Shown here: positions 36,136 to 46,933 of the stretch, piece by piece
Layout: the number at the start of each line of letters is the position of its first letter
How positions within the stretch are numbered: the stretch's first letter is position 1
Virus record (IMG/VR): IMGVR_UViG_3300048016_000009
Coordinates: 1 to 56,744 of that record
Length of the DNA stretch: 56,744 nucleotides
Reading direction: 5' to 3' (one strand)
DNA from: a virus
Lineage: Duplodnaviria > Caudoviricetes
Notes under the pieces: generated by a model
Seen by the model: only the letters and a program-made list of their open reading frames with translations
What the model was told of the DNA's origin: nothing
The model's database searches: none
Translations under genes and position numbers: made by a program

Positions 36136-37220
36136 ACCTAGCCCGTTATATGCAGACAGTTGACCGTCACGGTGTTGTCAACTACAAGTATGCACCACCA
36201 CCCGATGCAGTTGAAGCAGGTGTTGTCAAGCGTAAGGCACTTGGCACTAGCCTTGTCGATGCCATCAACTATTGCAACGAACAGAACGATGTGCTTGATG
36301 AGTGGCGCAGGGAACATCGCTACCTCAAACATCTCACCACCAAGAGTACAGTATTGGACTTAGTCAAGAGCTATCGCAACTCAATCGACTACAACAAGTT
36401 GTCAGATAAGAGTAAGTATGACTACCTCTACTACCTCGATTGCTGGAAGGACGACAAAGCTTCACACACTACGTTGTTCAACACACGGTTGCAGGACATC
36501 ACAGCCCCTACAGCACAGCGTATCTACGAAGCCAATGCCGCACACAGTGTTAGCCTATCCAATCATGTGTTGGCTGTGTATCGATTGGTGTTCAGCTATG
36601 CCATACGCAATGGGTTCTGTACATTCAATCCGTTCAAGGCGGTGAAGCGACAGGCTGACAAGCCTCGCCGTGTGGTGTGGGAACGTGAACACATCAAAGC
36701 TTTCATGACTGTGGCGTTTAGCAACTACGAGACACGCAGCTTAGGACTCATTGTGTACACAGCCTATGTTGCGGCGCAGCGCTTAGGTGATATGCGTATG
36801 CTGACATGGGACAACTACAACCTTGAGACAGGGGTGTTGTCGTTAGAGCAGAGCAAGCGTAGGGCGAGGGTGTCTATACCGTTGTCGCAAGACTTGCAAG
36901 ACATGCTCAGGCAGCAGCACGATGGTGTTGGTTGGCAGAAGTGGATGATGCCGAAGTCAGACATGAAGCCGTACACCTTGCAGGGACTAGCGAAGGCTGG
37001 TAAACTTGTAATGGATGAGGCAGGCTTACCTGCTGAATTGCAATTGATGGACCTACGTAGGACAGCAGTGACAGAGATGGTTGGTGCAGGCGTAGCACTC
37101 ACTAACATCATGTCGTTGACAGGGCATGCAACACCGGGTTCATTGACACCGTATGTTCGCCACACACTGAAGAGTGCAACGGTGGCACAGGACATGCGTA
37201 ATTTATCACCAATGTTTTAA
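36132..37220 (+). CDS. tyrosine recombinase / integrase
   Basis: QRLGD (Arg I), K in QSKR, DLRRT, TGH...Y catalytic pattern. Confidence 0.85.
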   Translation: MNLARYMQTVDRHGVVNYKYAPPPDAVEAGVVKRKALGTSLVDAINYCNEQNDVLDEWRREHRYLKHLTTKSTVLDLVKSYRNSIDYNKLSDKSKYDYLYYLDCWKDDKASHTTLFNTRLQDITAPTAQRIYEANAAHSVSLSNHVLAVYRLVFSYAIRNGFCTFNPFKAVKRQADKPRRVVWEREHIKAFMTVAFSNYETRSLGLIVYTAYVAAQRLGDMRMLTWDNYNLETGVLSLEQSKRRARVSIPLSQDLQDMLRQQHDGVGWQKWMMPKSDMKPYTLQGLAKAGKLVMDEAGLPAELQLMDLRRTAVTEMVGAGVALTNIMSLTGHATPGSLTPYVRHTLKSATVAQDMRNLSPMF

Positions 37221-37229
37221 GGAACTACA

Positions 37230-37868
37230 ATGACAGCAAGACTTATCTGGGCAACAGACGCTGACAAAATCATCGGCTATTGCGCTCGTGTTAGCAACCC
37301 CGACAACCAAGACAACCCCAACGTAGCAGGACTGCTTAATTATTGTGCAAAGAATCATCACTGGTCTGTGTTTGAAATGGCTAGTGCATGCATCGAAGTG
37401 TCCACCACCCGCGACATTGCACGACAGATCTTGCGACACAGAAGCTTCAGCTTCCAAGAATTTAGTCAACGCTATGCTGACGTTGCCAGCCTTGGTGATT
37501 GGGCAACTCGTGAGTGCCGATTGCAAGATACAAAGAATCGTCAGAACTCTTTAGAGACTGAGGACGAAACACTTAACCAGTGGTGGCAAGATGCACAACG
37601 AAAGGTTAAAGAAGAGGTTGAGGTGTTGTACTCCTTAGCCCTGCACAAAGGCATTGCCAAAGAACAAGCACGTGCTTTGTTGCCCGAAGGTCTGACACCG
37701 TCTAAGCTGTACGTCAACGGAACTATGCGTAGCTGGATTACATTCTTGCAAGCACGACTCGACCCGTCCACACAGAAGGAACATCGATTGGTGGCACAGG
37801 ATGTGTTGGCTGTGTTGCGTGGTGTTGCACCGATCACTGTTGGTGCTTTCTTTCCTGAACAGTCATGA
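37230..37868 (+). CDS. thyX: flavin-dependent thymidylate synthase
   Basis: H.SVFE and RHRSFSFQEFSQRY signature. Confidence 0.95.
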   Translation: MTARLIWATDADKIIGYCARVSNPDNQDNPNVAGLLNYCAKNHHWSVFEMASACIEVSTTRDIARQILRHRSFSFQEFSQRYADVASLGDWATRECRLQDTKNRQNSLETEDETLNQWWQDAQRKVKEEVEVLYSLALHKGIAKEQARALLPEGLTPSKLYVNGTMRSWITFLQARLDPSTQKEHRLVAQDVLAVLRGVAPITVGAFFPEQS

Positions 37869-38444
37869 TGTATGGGGGTAAGACAGGCTATCCCGCTGGC
37901 CTGTTGCAAGATGACCACACTAAGCTGAGTAAATGGTTTGCTTCCAAGCCAGATGCTCGTATGATTGTTAGACAAGTTTGTAAAGAAATACTGGAGAAAC
38001 AAATGACCACACTGCGATGCCCTGAATGCATGAGCGAACAAGTGACGCTTCAGCATTGGCAAACCTTTATGGCAAACACAATGGAGCACTACTGTCACAG
38101 TATGAAAACGCAAGATGATGACTCCCCATCACGCTGCCTTGATTGTGGATGGACAGGTTTGCACCGCGACTTAAACGGATATGGAGAACAACAATGACCT
38201 GCACATGCCGTCCACTCAGCCCATTCCATTGGCAACAAAACCCACGACCATCCATCTTCCTTGATGACCCGTTCTTCAGAGCTAAGCAGTCTGCTAAGAC
38301 AGGCTCTCAACTGGCAAGCGAGGTGGTAGCACGTAAGCGTTCAGAGAACATTCATTACGGCACAATCTATGGCAGCGCACGTGAACGTGAAGACGCTGTC
38401 ATTCGTAGCAAACTCATGCATATTTACAGCAAGGTAGGTGTGAA

Positions 38445-38915
38445 ATGATAGTGTTCATTGGTAACTATCAAGACGACAACAGCCCTCGACAAGAGGATGT
38501 ATTCATTGACGAGTGGGATAGCTGGAATGCTGATCACACCATCGCCCTCATTGCTGCACCACTGCTTCAGCAACTGAAGCTGAACAAGCATGGCTCAGGT
38601 ATGGTGGATGATGAGGATGTACCTGAAGAGTTGCGTAGTACGTCAGCACCACCTGTTGAGGAATGGGACACTGATGCCAACCTTCACCTGCGTTGGGAGT
38701 GGGTGCTTGATGAAATGATTTGGGCTTTGACAGAGCATGCTCGTGGTGATGGTGACAGCAAGTTCTATGACCACAGTGAGGTTGATGAAACAGGCGACAT
38801 CATGGAGCAGGTTGCACAGATTAAGTGTGACTACGAAGGACTTGATGCCTACAACAAACGTAAGCAACGTGGTTTTGTGTTGTTCGGTAAATACTTTCAG
38901 AACTTGTGGGACTAA
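38445..38915 (+). CDS. conserved phage hypothetical protein (156 aa)
   Basis: D.W..D.T.A....P.L...K...WVLDEMIWA...LFGKYF..LWD pattern. Confidence 0.6.
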   Translation: MIVFIGNYQDDNSPRQEDVFIDEWDSWNADHTIALIAAPLLQQLKLNKHGSGMVDDEDVPEELRSTSAPPVEEWDTDANLHLRWEWVLDEMIWALTEHARGDGDSKFYDHSEVDETGDIMEQVAQIKCDYEGLDAYNKRKQRGFVLFGKYFQNLWD

Positions 38916-38916
38916 C

Positions 38917-39114
38917 ATGACTGAGCGAATAATTACAGACAGCAATGGGCGCAAGCATATTACAAATGAGCCTTTGCTTCACCAACCTTTAGCACAGCGC
39001 ACATGGATTGGACTGACTGATGATGAAAAGTTGCACATTGAAATCATGGGTGGTAAGTCAGATGTAATGTTGGCTGAAATGGTCGAAGCCAAATTACGGA
39101 GTAAAAACACATGA
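38917..39114 (+). CDS. hypothetical protein sharing a W.GLT.DE...E.KL..KNT tail with 35198-35905
   Basis: WIGLTDDE...EAKLRSKNT versus WTGLTEDE...EDKLKEKNT. Confidence 0.55.
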   Translation: MTERIITDSNGRKHITNEPLLHQPLAQRTWIGLTDDEKLHIEIMGGKSDVMLAEMVEAKLRSKNT

Positions 39115-39262
39115 ACATTGAACAAGTCATCGTTGCCGCAACAGGCATCGGCTACCTCATCGTTGGTGTGCTGCAATGGACCAAGGGTGAGATGAGTAAT
39201 GGAATGATCTGGACAGGCTATGCGTTTGCTCAGATTGGTTTATGGCTCAACATCAAATAACT

Positions 39263-40888
39263 ATGGCATTCATCCGCACACACATAAGCTGTGAACATTG
39301 CGGTAGTAGTGATGGTGCATCGCTTAACGACGACCACTCTACCTACTGCTTCGTGTGTAGCACACATACCCCCTCAACTGACAACATCACCATAGAAAGA
39401 CAACACATGACTGAAGTAGTCAAACCAAAAGACATGAGCTTCATTAAACGATACAACAACGGGGTAGCCGTTAGTATCAGTGAGCGTAGGCTTACTAAAA
39501 CTACCGTCGAAAAGTACGGTGTCGTTCGTGATGGTGACAGCTATCTGTTCCCTTACTTCGATGACACTGGATCGTTGGTGGCTGCTAAGATTCGCAACGT
39601 CAAGGACAAAATCTTCAGCACTGAGGGTGACTGGAAAGCTGGCACCTTGTTTGGTCAACACCTGTTCTCTAAAGGTGGTAAGACGATTACTATCGTTGAA
39701 GGTGAGGCTGATGCCCTTGCTGCGTTCCAGATGATTGGTGCTGGTAAGTATCCAGTTGTTTCGATTCGTAATGGCGCAGGCTCTGCTGTCAAGGATGTCA
39801 AGGCGCAGTATGAATACCTCGACAGTTTTGAAACCATCGTCATCTGTTTTGACAACGATGAGCCGGGACGTAAAGCTTCTAAGGAAGTTGCTGGTATCTT
39901 CGGAAGCAAAGCAAAGATTGTCAAACACGATCCAGCTTTTAAAGACGCATGCGACTACCTTGCTGATAGCAAAGAGCAGTTATTTATTAGTCGTTGGTGG
40001 TCCAGTGAACAACATACTCCCGATGGTTTGATCAACGGTGACAGCCTGTGGGATGAACTTAAAAAACCACGTCAAAAGCCTGATGCACACTGGCCCTACA
40101 CCACCCTTGACGGTATGCTTTGTGGCCTGCGTAAGCGTGAGCTTGTCACTGTTGCGGCAGGTACTGGTCAAGGTAAGAGCACGTTCTTGCGGCAGATCAT
40201 TCACCACTTGTTGATGACGACAGACGACAAGATTGGCTGCGCCTTCCTTGAAGAATCACCTTCACGTACAGCACAAGGCATCATGTCCATTGAAGCAATG
40301 AAGGCTTTGCATCTACCAACAACAGATTACACAGAGCAAGAGTTGCGTGATGCTTTTGAAAAGACAATGGGTACTGGTCGCGTGACAATGTTCTCTCACT
40401 TTGGTAGCCTTGACATTGACAACGTCATTGCTCGGTTGCGTTGGATGGCAAAGGGTATGGGGTGTAGCTGGATTATTCTTGATCACTACCAGATGATCTT
40501 GTCTGGTATGGATACTGATGAACGCAAGGGTTTGGATATGCTGCTGACAAAGCTTCGCACATTTGTCGAAGAGACTGGTGTTGGTTTGTTCGGTGTGTCG
40601 CATACTCGGCGTGAGTCTGGAAGCAAGGGTGCTGAGAACGGTGCAGAGATGACGCTGTCTTCGCTGCGTGGTACAGCAGGTATTGCTCAGTTGTCTGACG
40701 CTGTGATCGGATTGCAACGTGACCAACAACACGATGATGAGCGAGTACGTAACACCACCTGTGTCAGATTGTTGAAGTCAAGATTCACAGGCGAGACAGG
40801 TCCGGCAGGTTTCTTGTTATTCAACAAAGACATGCAGCGACTCATTGAGATTGATGATCCAACACCAGACGATCAAGATGTGTTGTGA
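39263..40888 (+). CDS. T7 gp4-type primase-helicase
   Basis: CEHC...CFVC zinc finger, TOPRIM EGE.D and FDND..G, Walker A GTGQGKS, ILDH, LRGT, KSRFTG. Confidence 0.95.
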   Translation: MAFIRTHISCEHCGSSDGASLNDDHSTYCFVCSTHTPSTDNITIERQHMTEVVKPKDMSFIKRYNNGVAVSISERRLTKTTVEKYGVVRDGDSYLFPYFDDTGSLVAAKIRNVKDKIFSTEGDWKAGTLFGQHLFSKGGKTITIVEGEADALAAFQMIGAGKYPVVSIRNGAGSAVKDVKAQYEYLDSFETIVICFDNDEPGRKASKEVAGIFGSKAKIVKHDPAFKDACDYLADSKEQLFISRWWSSEQHTPDGLINGDSLWDELKKPRQKPDAHWPYTTLDGMLCGLRKRELVTVAAGTGQGKSTFLRQIIHHLLMTTDDKIGCAFLEESPSRTAQGIMSIEAMKALHLPTTDYTEQELRDAFEKTMGTGRVTMFSHFGSLDIDNVIARLRWMAKGMGCSWIILDHYQMILSGMDTDERKGLDMLLTKLRTFVEETGVGLFGVSHTRRESGSKGAENGAEMTLSSLRGTAGIAQLSDAVIGLQRDQQHDDERVRNTTCVRLLKSRFTGETGPAGFLLFNKDMQRLIEIDDPTPDDQDVL

Positions 40889-40939
40889 TATTTAGATCAT
40901 ATGTTATACCTACTATGTTCAAATACTAGGAGGTATAAT

Positions 40940-41437
40940 ATGAGAACACATAAAGTTTGTAATGAGTGCGGTGAGAACAAGGTTGTTGAGGACTACTACG
41001 CGAGACAATGTAAGCACACCAAGAAAGATGGAACTATTTCGTACTACACCTATCTTAAACCAATCTGTAAAAGTTGTTGGGATAAGGAATCTAGGCAGTG
41101 GTTTAGAAAAAACTGGCTTCAACACTTAGTTCAACAAGCAAAGAATCGTGCGAAACAAAAAGGACTTCCCTTTGACATTACCGCTGATGACATAGAAGTT
41201 GTGAAGTTCTGTCCGTATCTGGGTATTGAAATCAAACAAAACCTAGATGCAAAAGGCCCATCTCATAACTCACCAACAATTGATAGGATCGTTCCTGAAA
41301 AGGGATATGTTAAAGGAAATGTACAACTTATGTCTCATAAGGCAAATGCAATGAAGTACAACGCAAGCATTGATGAACTTCTATATTTTGCTAATAAGAT
41401 AATTGAGTTGCACTCCACAGATGAAAAGGTAAAATAA
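40940..41437 (+). CDS. HNH-type homing endonuclease
   Basis: CxxC pairs and CP.LG...SPTIDRI.PEKGYVKGNVQ..S..AN..K; SD AGGAGG; AT-rich. Confidence 0.8.
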   Translation: MRTHKVCNECGENKVVEDYYARQCKHTKKDGTISYYTYLKPICKSCWDKESRQWFRKNWLQHLVQQAKNRAKQKGLPFDITADDIEVVKFCPYLGIEIKQNLDAKGPSHNSPTIDRIVPEKGYVKGNVQLMSHKANAMKYNASIDELLYFANKIIELHSTDEKVK

Positions 41438-41837
41438 ACATGAGCGAAGTAGAACAATATTGGGAAGCCATTAGAAAGAAGTGGTCACATCCTCTACCAC
41501 AATATCACCAGCTTGACCCAATGGAGCAGGCGATGCTTGTTCAATCGATCAACATCTTATTGCAGATAATTAACAACCGGAGAACATGATGAAAAAGACC
41601 TATGCAGAACTTGAGCGTGAAGCTTATATGGCAGGCAACACCATACTTGCAAAGCTTTATGCTGAGCTTGATGATGCTGAGCAGGAGTTGCTTAGCCGTG
41701 AATATGGAGGTACATAATGAGTGATGGTGGTAAAGGCAGCGCACAACGACCACGTTCTGTAGCTGATGAAGAATGGGCCAACCGATGGGATGCCATCTTT
41801 GGTAGAGACAAACCTAAGCAACCTAAGAAGGACAACG

Positions 41838-42305
41838 ATGACGACATGGACAAGCCGTTGCCTGATCGAAGGTGATCACTTGTGTGTCTGCACAACTGAG
41901 GCAGACTATCACACCACCCTCAAGTATTTGAAGGTGCCGATAGCTGAGTGGGACAGATGGCTGATTCATGAATCGTTAGCAACCACTCACTACTTCAACA
42001 CACCAAAGGGTAACAGAGTCACCATTGTGTGCATACCTGTTACGCCTGAGACAGACGGTATTGATGTTGCAACATTGTTAGTACACGAAGCTGTGCATGT
42101 TGTGCAGGAATACTTCAGGTTCATTGGTGAAGACAATCCCGGCAACGAGATAGAAGCATACGCTATTCAGAATGTGAGCGCATCACTGATGAGGGCGTAC
42201 CGTGATAAACTATTTCCGAAACCAAAGAAGGAAAAGAAAGATGGATTACATATGGGACATAGAGACATACAAGACAGCGTTCACGTTCTCAGCGATCAGT
42301 GCTGA
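41838..42305 (+). CDS. HExxH-motif protein (putative metallopeptidase)
   Basis: LLVHEAVH...EIEAY. Confidence 0.55.
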   Translation: MTTWTSRCLIEGDHLCVCTTEADYHTTLKYLKVPIAEWDRWLIHESLATTHYFNTPKGNRVTIVCIPVTPETDGIDVATLLVHEAVHVVQEYFRFIGEDNPGNEIEAYAIQNVSASLMRAYRDKLFPKPKKEKKDGLHMGHRDIQDSVHVLSDQC

Positions 42306-44310
42306 CGAGTCGCATGCTGTAGCGTTTGAATGTTCACAACGAAAGAACGAAGCTGACAAGTTGTTCAGCTTCCTTGCAGAACTGAAGAAGAAGAAGCATA
42401 GGATGGTGGGATACAACAACATAGGCTTCGACTACCCTGTGTTGCATGACCTGCTGTCTGTTGCTGACAAGGCACTCACTGTGTCAGGCAAGGCTGTAGC
42501 TACACGTGTTTACAAGAAGGCACAATCTATTATCGGTAGCGATGACAGGTTTGGTCATCTTGTCCGTGACAACCAGCAGTATGTGCAGCAGATCGACCTG
42601 TACAAGATCATGCACTTCGATAATCCTGCACGGGCTACATCGCTGAAGGCACTTGAGTTCAACATGAAAGCTGACAGTATCGTTGACCTGCCATACGATC
42701 CGCACAGTGACTTGACAGATGACCAGATAGATGTGTTGCTTGCATACAACATGCACGATGTGAAGATGACGTTGTTGTTCTACAAAGAATGCTTGTCACA
42801 AATCACATTCCGTGAAGAGTTGTCTACCAAGTACAACCGCAACTTTCTCAACCACAACGATACAAAGATCGGCAAAGACTACTTCATCATGAAGCTTGAA
42901 GAGAACATGCCTGAGAGTTGCTATCGTATTGGTAAGAAGGGTGAGCGTCACATCAATCAGACTAAGCGACCAGTCATTCACATCAAAGATTGTTTGTTCA
43001 ACTACTACGACTTCAAGCGTCCTGAGTTTCAGCTTGTGTTGGAATGGTTTGCTGCACAGTCTTTGACAGAAACAAAGGGTGCTTTATCTGACATTGAAGA
43101 GAGCGACCTTGGTGACTTAGCTGCCTATGCTGAGATGATTACTAAGCGTCAGAAGTGGTTCAACAAACCAAGCGATGATGTTGTTGCTGCCTTCAAAGAA
43201 CTGCACCCATTGGGTTGGGTATCTGAAGAAGAGTTGAAGGCTAAGAAGAAGGGTGAGAAGCAGTACAGCTACTGGAAGAACTGGAGAGTTGCTACCAACT
43301 TGAACGTGACAATCGGTGGCTTTCGTTTCGACTTTGGTACTGGTGGTATTCACGGTTCTATTGAGAGCACCATCGTCAAAGAAGATGAAGAGTACATGAT
43401 TGTTGATGCTGACGTTGCGTCTATGTATCCCAACATTGCCATTGCCAATCGTGTATTCCCTGAGCATTTGTCTGAGAAGTTCTGTGACATCTACCAAGAT
43501 GTGTACGAGCAGCGTAAGAGCTACCCCAAGGGCAGCGCTGAGAACGCCATGCTGAAGCTTGCGTTGAACGGTGTGTACGGTGACAGCAATAACAAGTACA
43601 GCCCCTTCTACGACCCTCAGTACACGATGACGATCACCATCAATGGTCAGCTTAGCCTGTGCCTGTTGGCTGAGAAGCTGATGGATATTGAAGGCTTATC
43701 CATTGTGCAGGTTAATACTGACGGTATCACTGTGAAGATGCCACGTAACAAGCATGATGAATACATCAACATCTGTGATGCATGGCAGAGACAGGTTGGT
43801 CTACAACTTGAGTATGCTCATTATTCAAAGATGATTATTCGTGACGTGAACAACTACATCGCTGTATATACAGACGGTAAGGTGAAGCGCAAGGGTGCGT
43901 ATCAACACGAAGGTTTGGGATGGCATCAAGATCAAGGTGGTCTTATCATTCCGAAGGCTGCTGAAGCTGCAATGCTTCAGGGTATTCCTCTTGATGTATA
44001 TATCAAGGGTCACAAGAACAAGTATGACTTCATGCTGAGGGTGAAAGTGCCACGCAGTAGTAGGCTTGTGATGGTGATGGGTGACAACACTGAGGTGCAT
44101 CAACAGAACATGTGCAGGTTCTATGCTTGCAATGCTGGTGGTGCTCTCATCAAGGTGATGCCACCACTCAAGGAAGAGGCTGAGCCTAGACGCATATCGA
44201 TTGGTGAAGGCTACGGTATGTGGACATGCAACGACATCAACGACTTCACTTGGAAAGACGTTGACTACCAATACTACATTGACGCTGCTGCAAAGCTGGT
44301 GATACAATGA
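42241..44310 (+). CDS. family B DNA polymerase
   Basis: Exo DIET / GYN..FD / YN..D; motif A DVASMYP, motif B KLALNGVYG, motif C NTDG, KRKG. Confidence 0.93.
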   Translation: MDYIWDIETYKTAFTFSAISADESHAVAFECSQRKNEADKLFSFLAELKKKKHRMVGYNNIGFDYPVLHDLLSVADKALTVSGKAVATRVYKKAQSIIGSDDRFGHLVRDNQQYVQQIDLYKIMHFDNPARATSLKALEFNMKADSIVDLPYDPHSDLTDDQIDVLLAYNMHDVKMTLLFYKECLSQITFREELSTKYNRNFLNHNDTKIGKDYFIMKLEENMPESCYRIGKKGERHINQTKRPVIHIKDCLFNYYDFKRPEFQLVLEWFAAQSLTETKGALSDIEESDLGDLAAYAEMITKRQKWFNKPSDDVVAAFKELHPLGWVSEEELKAKKKGEKQYSYWKNWRVATNLNVTIGGFRFDFGTGGIHGSIESTIVKEDEEYMIVDADVASMYPNIAIANRVFPEHLSEKFCDIYQDVYEQRKSYPKGSAENAMLKLALNGVYGDSNNKYSPFYDPQYTMTITINGQLSLCLLAEKLMDIEGLSIVQVNTDGITVKMPRNKHDEYINICDAWQRQVGLQLEYAHYSKMIIRDVNNYIAVYTDGKVKRKGAYQHEGLGWHQDQGGLIIPKAAEAAMLQGIPLDVYIKGHKNKYDFMLRVKVPRSSRLVMVMGDNTEVHQQNMCRFYACNAGGALIKVMPPLKEEAEPRRISIGEGYGMWTCNDINDFTWKDVDYQYYIDAAAKLVIQ

Positions 44311-44369
44311 AGCATGTAGGAAGCTGACCCCTACTGAATTGGTCAGCATTAAACTCAAAGGAAACTCAA

Positions 44370-44780
44370 ATGAGTGATAAGTTGAAAATCAAAGCCGATG
44401 TATATTGGGCCTCTCTGAATCGTAAGAATGAAATGGCTGATGCTTACACGGTTGATCTGTGTAACCTGTCTGACAAAGCAGTTGCTGCACTGGAAGACAT
44501 GGGTATCTCGGTGCAAGAGAATACAGAGAAGAAGCCTGAGCAGGGTAAGTACATCACTTGCAAGAGCCAGCGTCCCATCAAAGCCTACGACACCGATGGT
44601 GATGAAATCATTGAAGACATTGGCAATAGCAGCAAAGCAATTTGTATGATTGGTAGCTATGCTTGGACATACAAGAACAAGAAAGGCGTTAGCCCTTCAT
44701 TGGCTAAGCTGGTTGTTACAGACTTGGTTGCCTATGCTGGTGGTGCTGACCTCTCCGCTGACGACGAAGACGTTCTGTAA
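44370..44780 (+). CDS. single-stranded DNA-binding protein (T7 gp2.5-like)
   Basis: IGNSS pattern, acidic tail ADDEDVL, between polymerase and exonuclease. Confidence 0.65.
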   Translation: MSDKLKIKADVYWASLNRKNEMADAYTVDLCNLSDKAVAALEDMGISVQENTEKKPEQGKYITCKSQRPIKAYDTDGDEIIEDIGNSSKAICMIGSYAWTYKNKKGVSPSLAKLVVTDLVAYAGGADLSADDEDVL

Positions 44781-45482
44781 ATGATCTGTTGCATCGACGC
44801 CGATATATATGCATATAGGGCGGCGGCAGCATGTGAGAATGAAGAAGAGTCACAGGCTATCCGGTCTGTTGACTCTCTTATCATTAACACTCTCATGTGT
44901 GGCGTAGATAAGTGTGGATATGTCGATCAATGGAAGCTCTTTCTCACAGGTAAGGGCAACTTCAGAAACGACATAGCCATCACAGCCCCCTACAAAGGCA
45001 ACAGAGCAGACAAAACAAAGCCTAAACATTTGGCTGCGGTGCGTAAGCATCTGATGCAAGAGTGGAAGGCTGACATGTCTGAAGGTCAAGAAGCCGATGA
45101 CTCCATTGCCATTGAAGCTACAACGCTTGGTGATAATGGGGTCATTGTTTCGTTGGACAAAGACTTAGATCAGGTGGCTGGTTGGCATTACAACTTCATT
45201 AAGAAGGAAGCCTACTATGTCACTGAAGCTGAAGGTTTGCTCAGGCTGTACATGCAAATCTTGACAGGCGATACTGCCGACAACATCATAGGTCTTCGTG
45301 GCATTGGTAATGTCAAGGCTAAGAAGATGTTAGAAGATGCAGCAGATGAGACAGAAATGTTTCAGCGCTGTGTTGAAGCTTATGATGGTAATGAGGATAG
45401 GGTTGTTGAAAACGCCCATCTACTTTTCTTACGTAGACATGAAGGACAAACATGGACAAGCCCTTTAAACCGAATGACGTAG
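44781..45482 (+). CDS. 5'-3' exonuclease (T7 gp6-like)
   Basis: IDAD, NFR, YKGNR, EADD, DKD, GD..DNI.G..GIG. Confidence 0.92.
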   Translation: MICCIDADIYAYRAAAACENEEESQAIRSVDSLIINTLMCGVDKCGYVDQWKLFLTGKGNFRNDIAITAPYKGNRADKTKPKHLAAVRKHLMQEWKADMSEGQEADDSIAIEATTLGDNGVIVSLDKDLDQVAGWHYNFIKKEAYYVTEAEGLLRLYMQILTGDTADNIIGLRGIGNVKAKKMLEDAADETEMFQRCVEAYDGNEDRVVENAHLLFLRRHEGQTWTSPLNRMT

Positions 45483-45784
45483 CTGTAATCTTGCGACCAG
45501 TTATCAACGCAGACGAGAAGTGGGACGGTGACTTTGAACTGATGGTGTGTGCTGTTGGTCCAGTTACATTGAATGAAGAAGACATGCAAGACATGCTTGC
45601 TGTCGCAACATTGATGGCAACAACTGTTCCGTTGATGGAAGAAGACAAAGCCTTTGCAAAGAAGATCATGGATAAGTGTGATGAGATTTATGCAGACGGT
45701 GGTATTGATCTTGGTGATGCAACCGTTGTTGATGACACACATGTGCTGACTCAGTACAGTAAAACCGTTGGAGGTATGCAATGA
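45452..45784 (+). CDS. hypothetical acidic protein
   Basis: SD AAGGA; coupled to the next gene. Confidence 0.55.
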   Translation: MDKPFKPNDVAVILRPVINADEKWDGDFELMVCAVGPVTLNEEDMQDMLAVATLMATTVPLMEEDKAFAKKIMDKCDEIYADGGIDLGDATVVDDTHVLTQYSKTVGGMQ

Positions 45785-46224
45785 AGAAATGTAGCGAATG
45801 CCTTTACGCCAGTGTGGATGGTGACAATGAACCTTGTGTTAGTTGTGAAGACCCCGGTACTAACTGGGTTGCTTCACCTCAGTATCACCCAAAAGATGTA
45901 GCGTTTACTGGCACTACAACTGGTGTCAAGTACGACAACGGTAAACCTCAATGGTCTTTGCTGCCCTTCAAAGCTTTGGGTCAGGTCGTTGAAGTGTTGA
46001 CCTATGGTGCAAAGAAGTATGCTCCAGACAATTGGAAGAAAGTACCTGACGCTCGTCGTCGTTATATCGATGCAGGCTTTCGTCACCTCACTGCTTATGC
46101 TAGTGGTGAAACAAACGATCCAGAGACTGGTAAGCATCACCTTGCTCACGCTATTTGTTGTATGCTCTACCTTGTAGCATTTGATTTAGGAGAACACAAT
46201 GACAAAAGTAACAGTGACATTTGA
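45781..46224 (+). CDS. dATP/dGTP diphosphohydrolase-like (DUF5664) protein
   Basis: GVKYD.GK...LLP...GA.KY...NW...RH...DPETG.HHLAHA. Confidence 0.8.
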   Translation: MKKCSECLYASVDGDNEPCVSCEDPGTNWVASPQYHPKDVAFTGTTTGVKYDNGKPQWSLLPFKALGQVVEVLTYGAKKYAPDNWKKVPDARRRYIDAGFRHLTAYASGETNDPETGKHHLAHAICCMLYLVAFDLGEHNDKSNSDI

Positions 46225-46549
46225 AGCTGAGATTGATGTTGAAGACTTGGGTGCTGAGTATTCCAACGAAGACTACCTTGTTTACACTGTCAAAGGCACG
46301 GTCATCTATGCCATGAGTAGGCTTGATGCAGACATTACATTCAACAGGGTTGATGTGGAAGGACTAGAATGAAGATAACAATCACTGATGCTGAGAACGG
46401 TTTTGTTGTAGCGGTAGAGGAAAGTGAAGACAGTTTCTTCTATTTCGTAGCACTTGACATTGAAGATGTTTGTTCTATTGTGCAGAACATCTTGGTTGAA
46501 CCAGCCGATGTGTTGGACATGACCAACATAGCCTTTGAAGCGGTGCGTA

Positions 46550-46933
46550 GTGACCGTTAAAGAACGCAATGGTGGTGAGTGGACAGAGGCACGATTCAGA
46601 AGTTTCGTGACCTCTGCCTTACGTGCTGCGTCAAGGCGTTGGCCTCCGAAGTACAAGGCTTTGAAGGAAGCCTTTGCTGGTAGGAAGGTGAATGCTAAGA
46701 CGGGTAAGCAGGCTATGCATTACAACTGTGCTGAATGCAAACAACTCTTTGTTGCTGCTGATGTACAGGTAGATCACATCAACCCTGTGGTGGACCCTAA
46801 GACGGGCTTCACTACATGGGATAACTTCATTGAACGTATGTTCTGTGAGATGAAGAATCTACAGGTGATGTGTAAGCCTTGTCATAAAATCAAAACTGAT
46901 CAAGAGAAACTTGAAAGGAAAAAGAAAGTATGA
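46550..46933 (+). CDS. HNH endonuclease
   Basis: CAEC...VDHI.PV...NLQVMCKPCH..KT. Confidence 0.85.
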   Translation: MTVKERNGGEWTEARFRSFVTSALRAASRRWPPKYKALKEAFAGRKVNAKTGKQAMHYNCAECKQLFVAADVQVDHINPVVDPKTGFTTWDNFIERMFCEMKNLQVMCKPCHKIKTDQEKLERKKKV

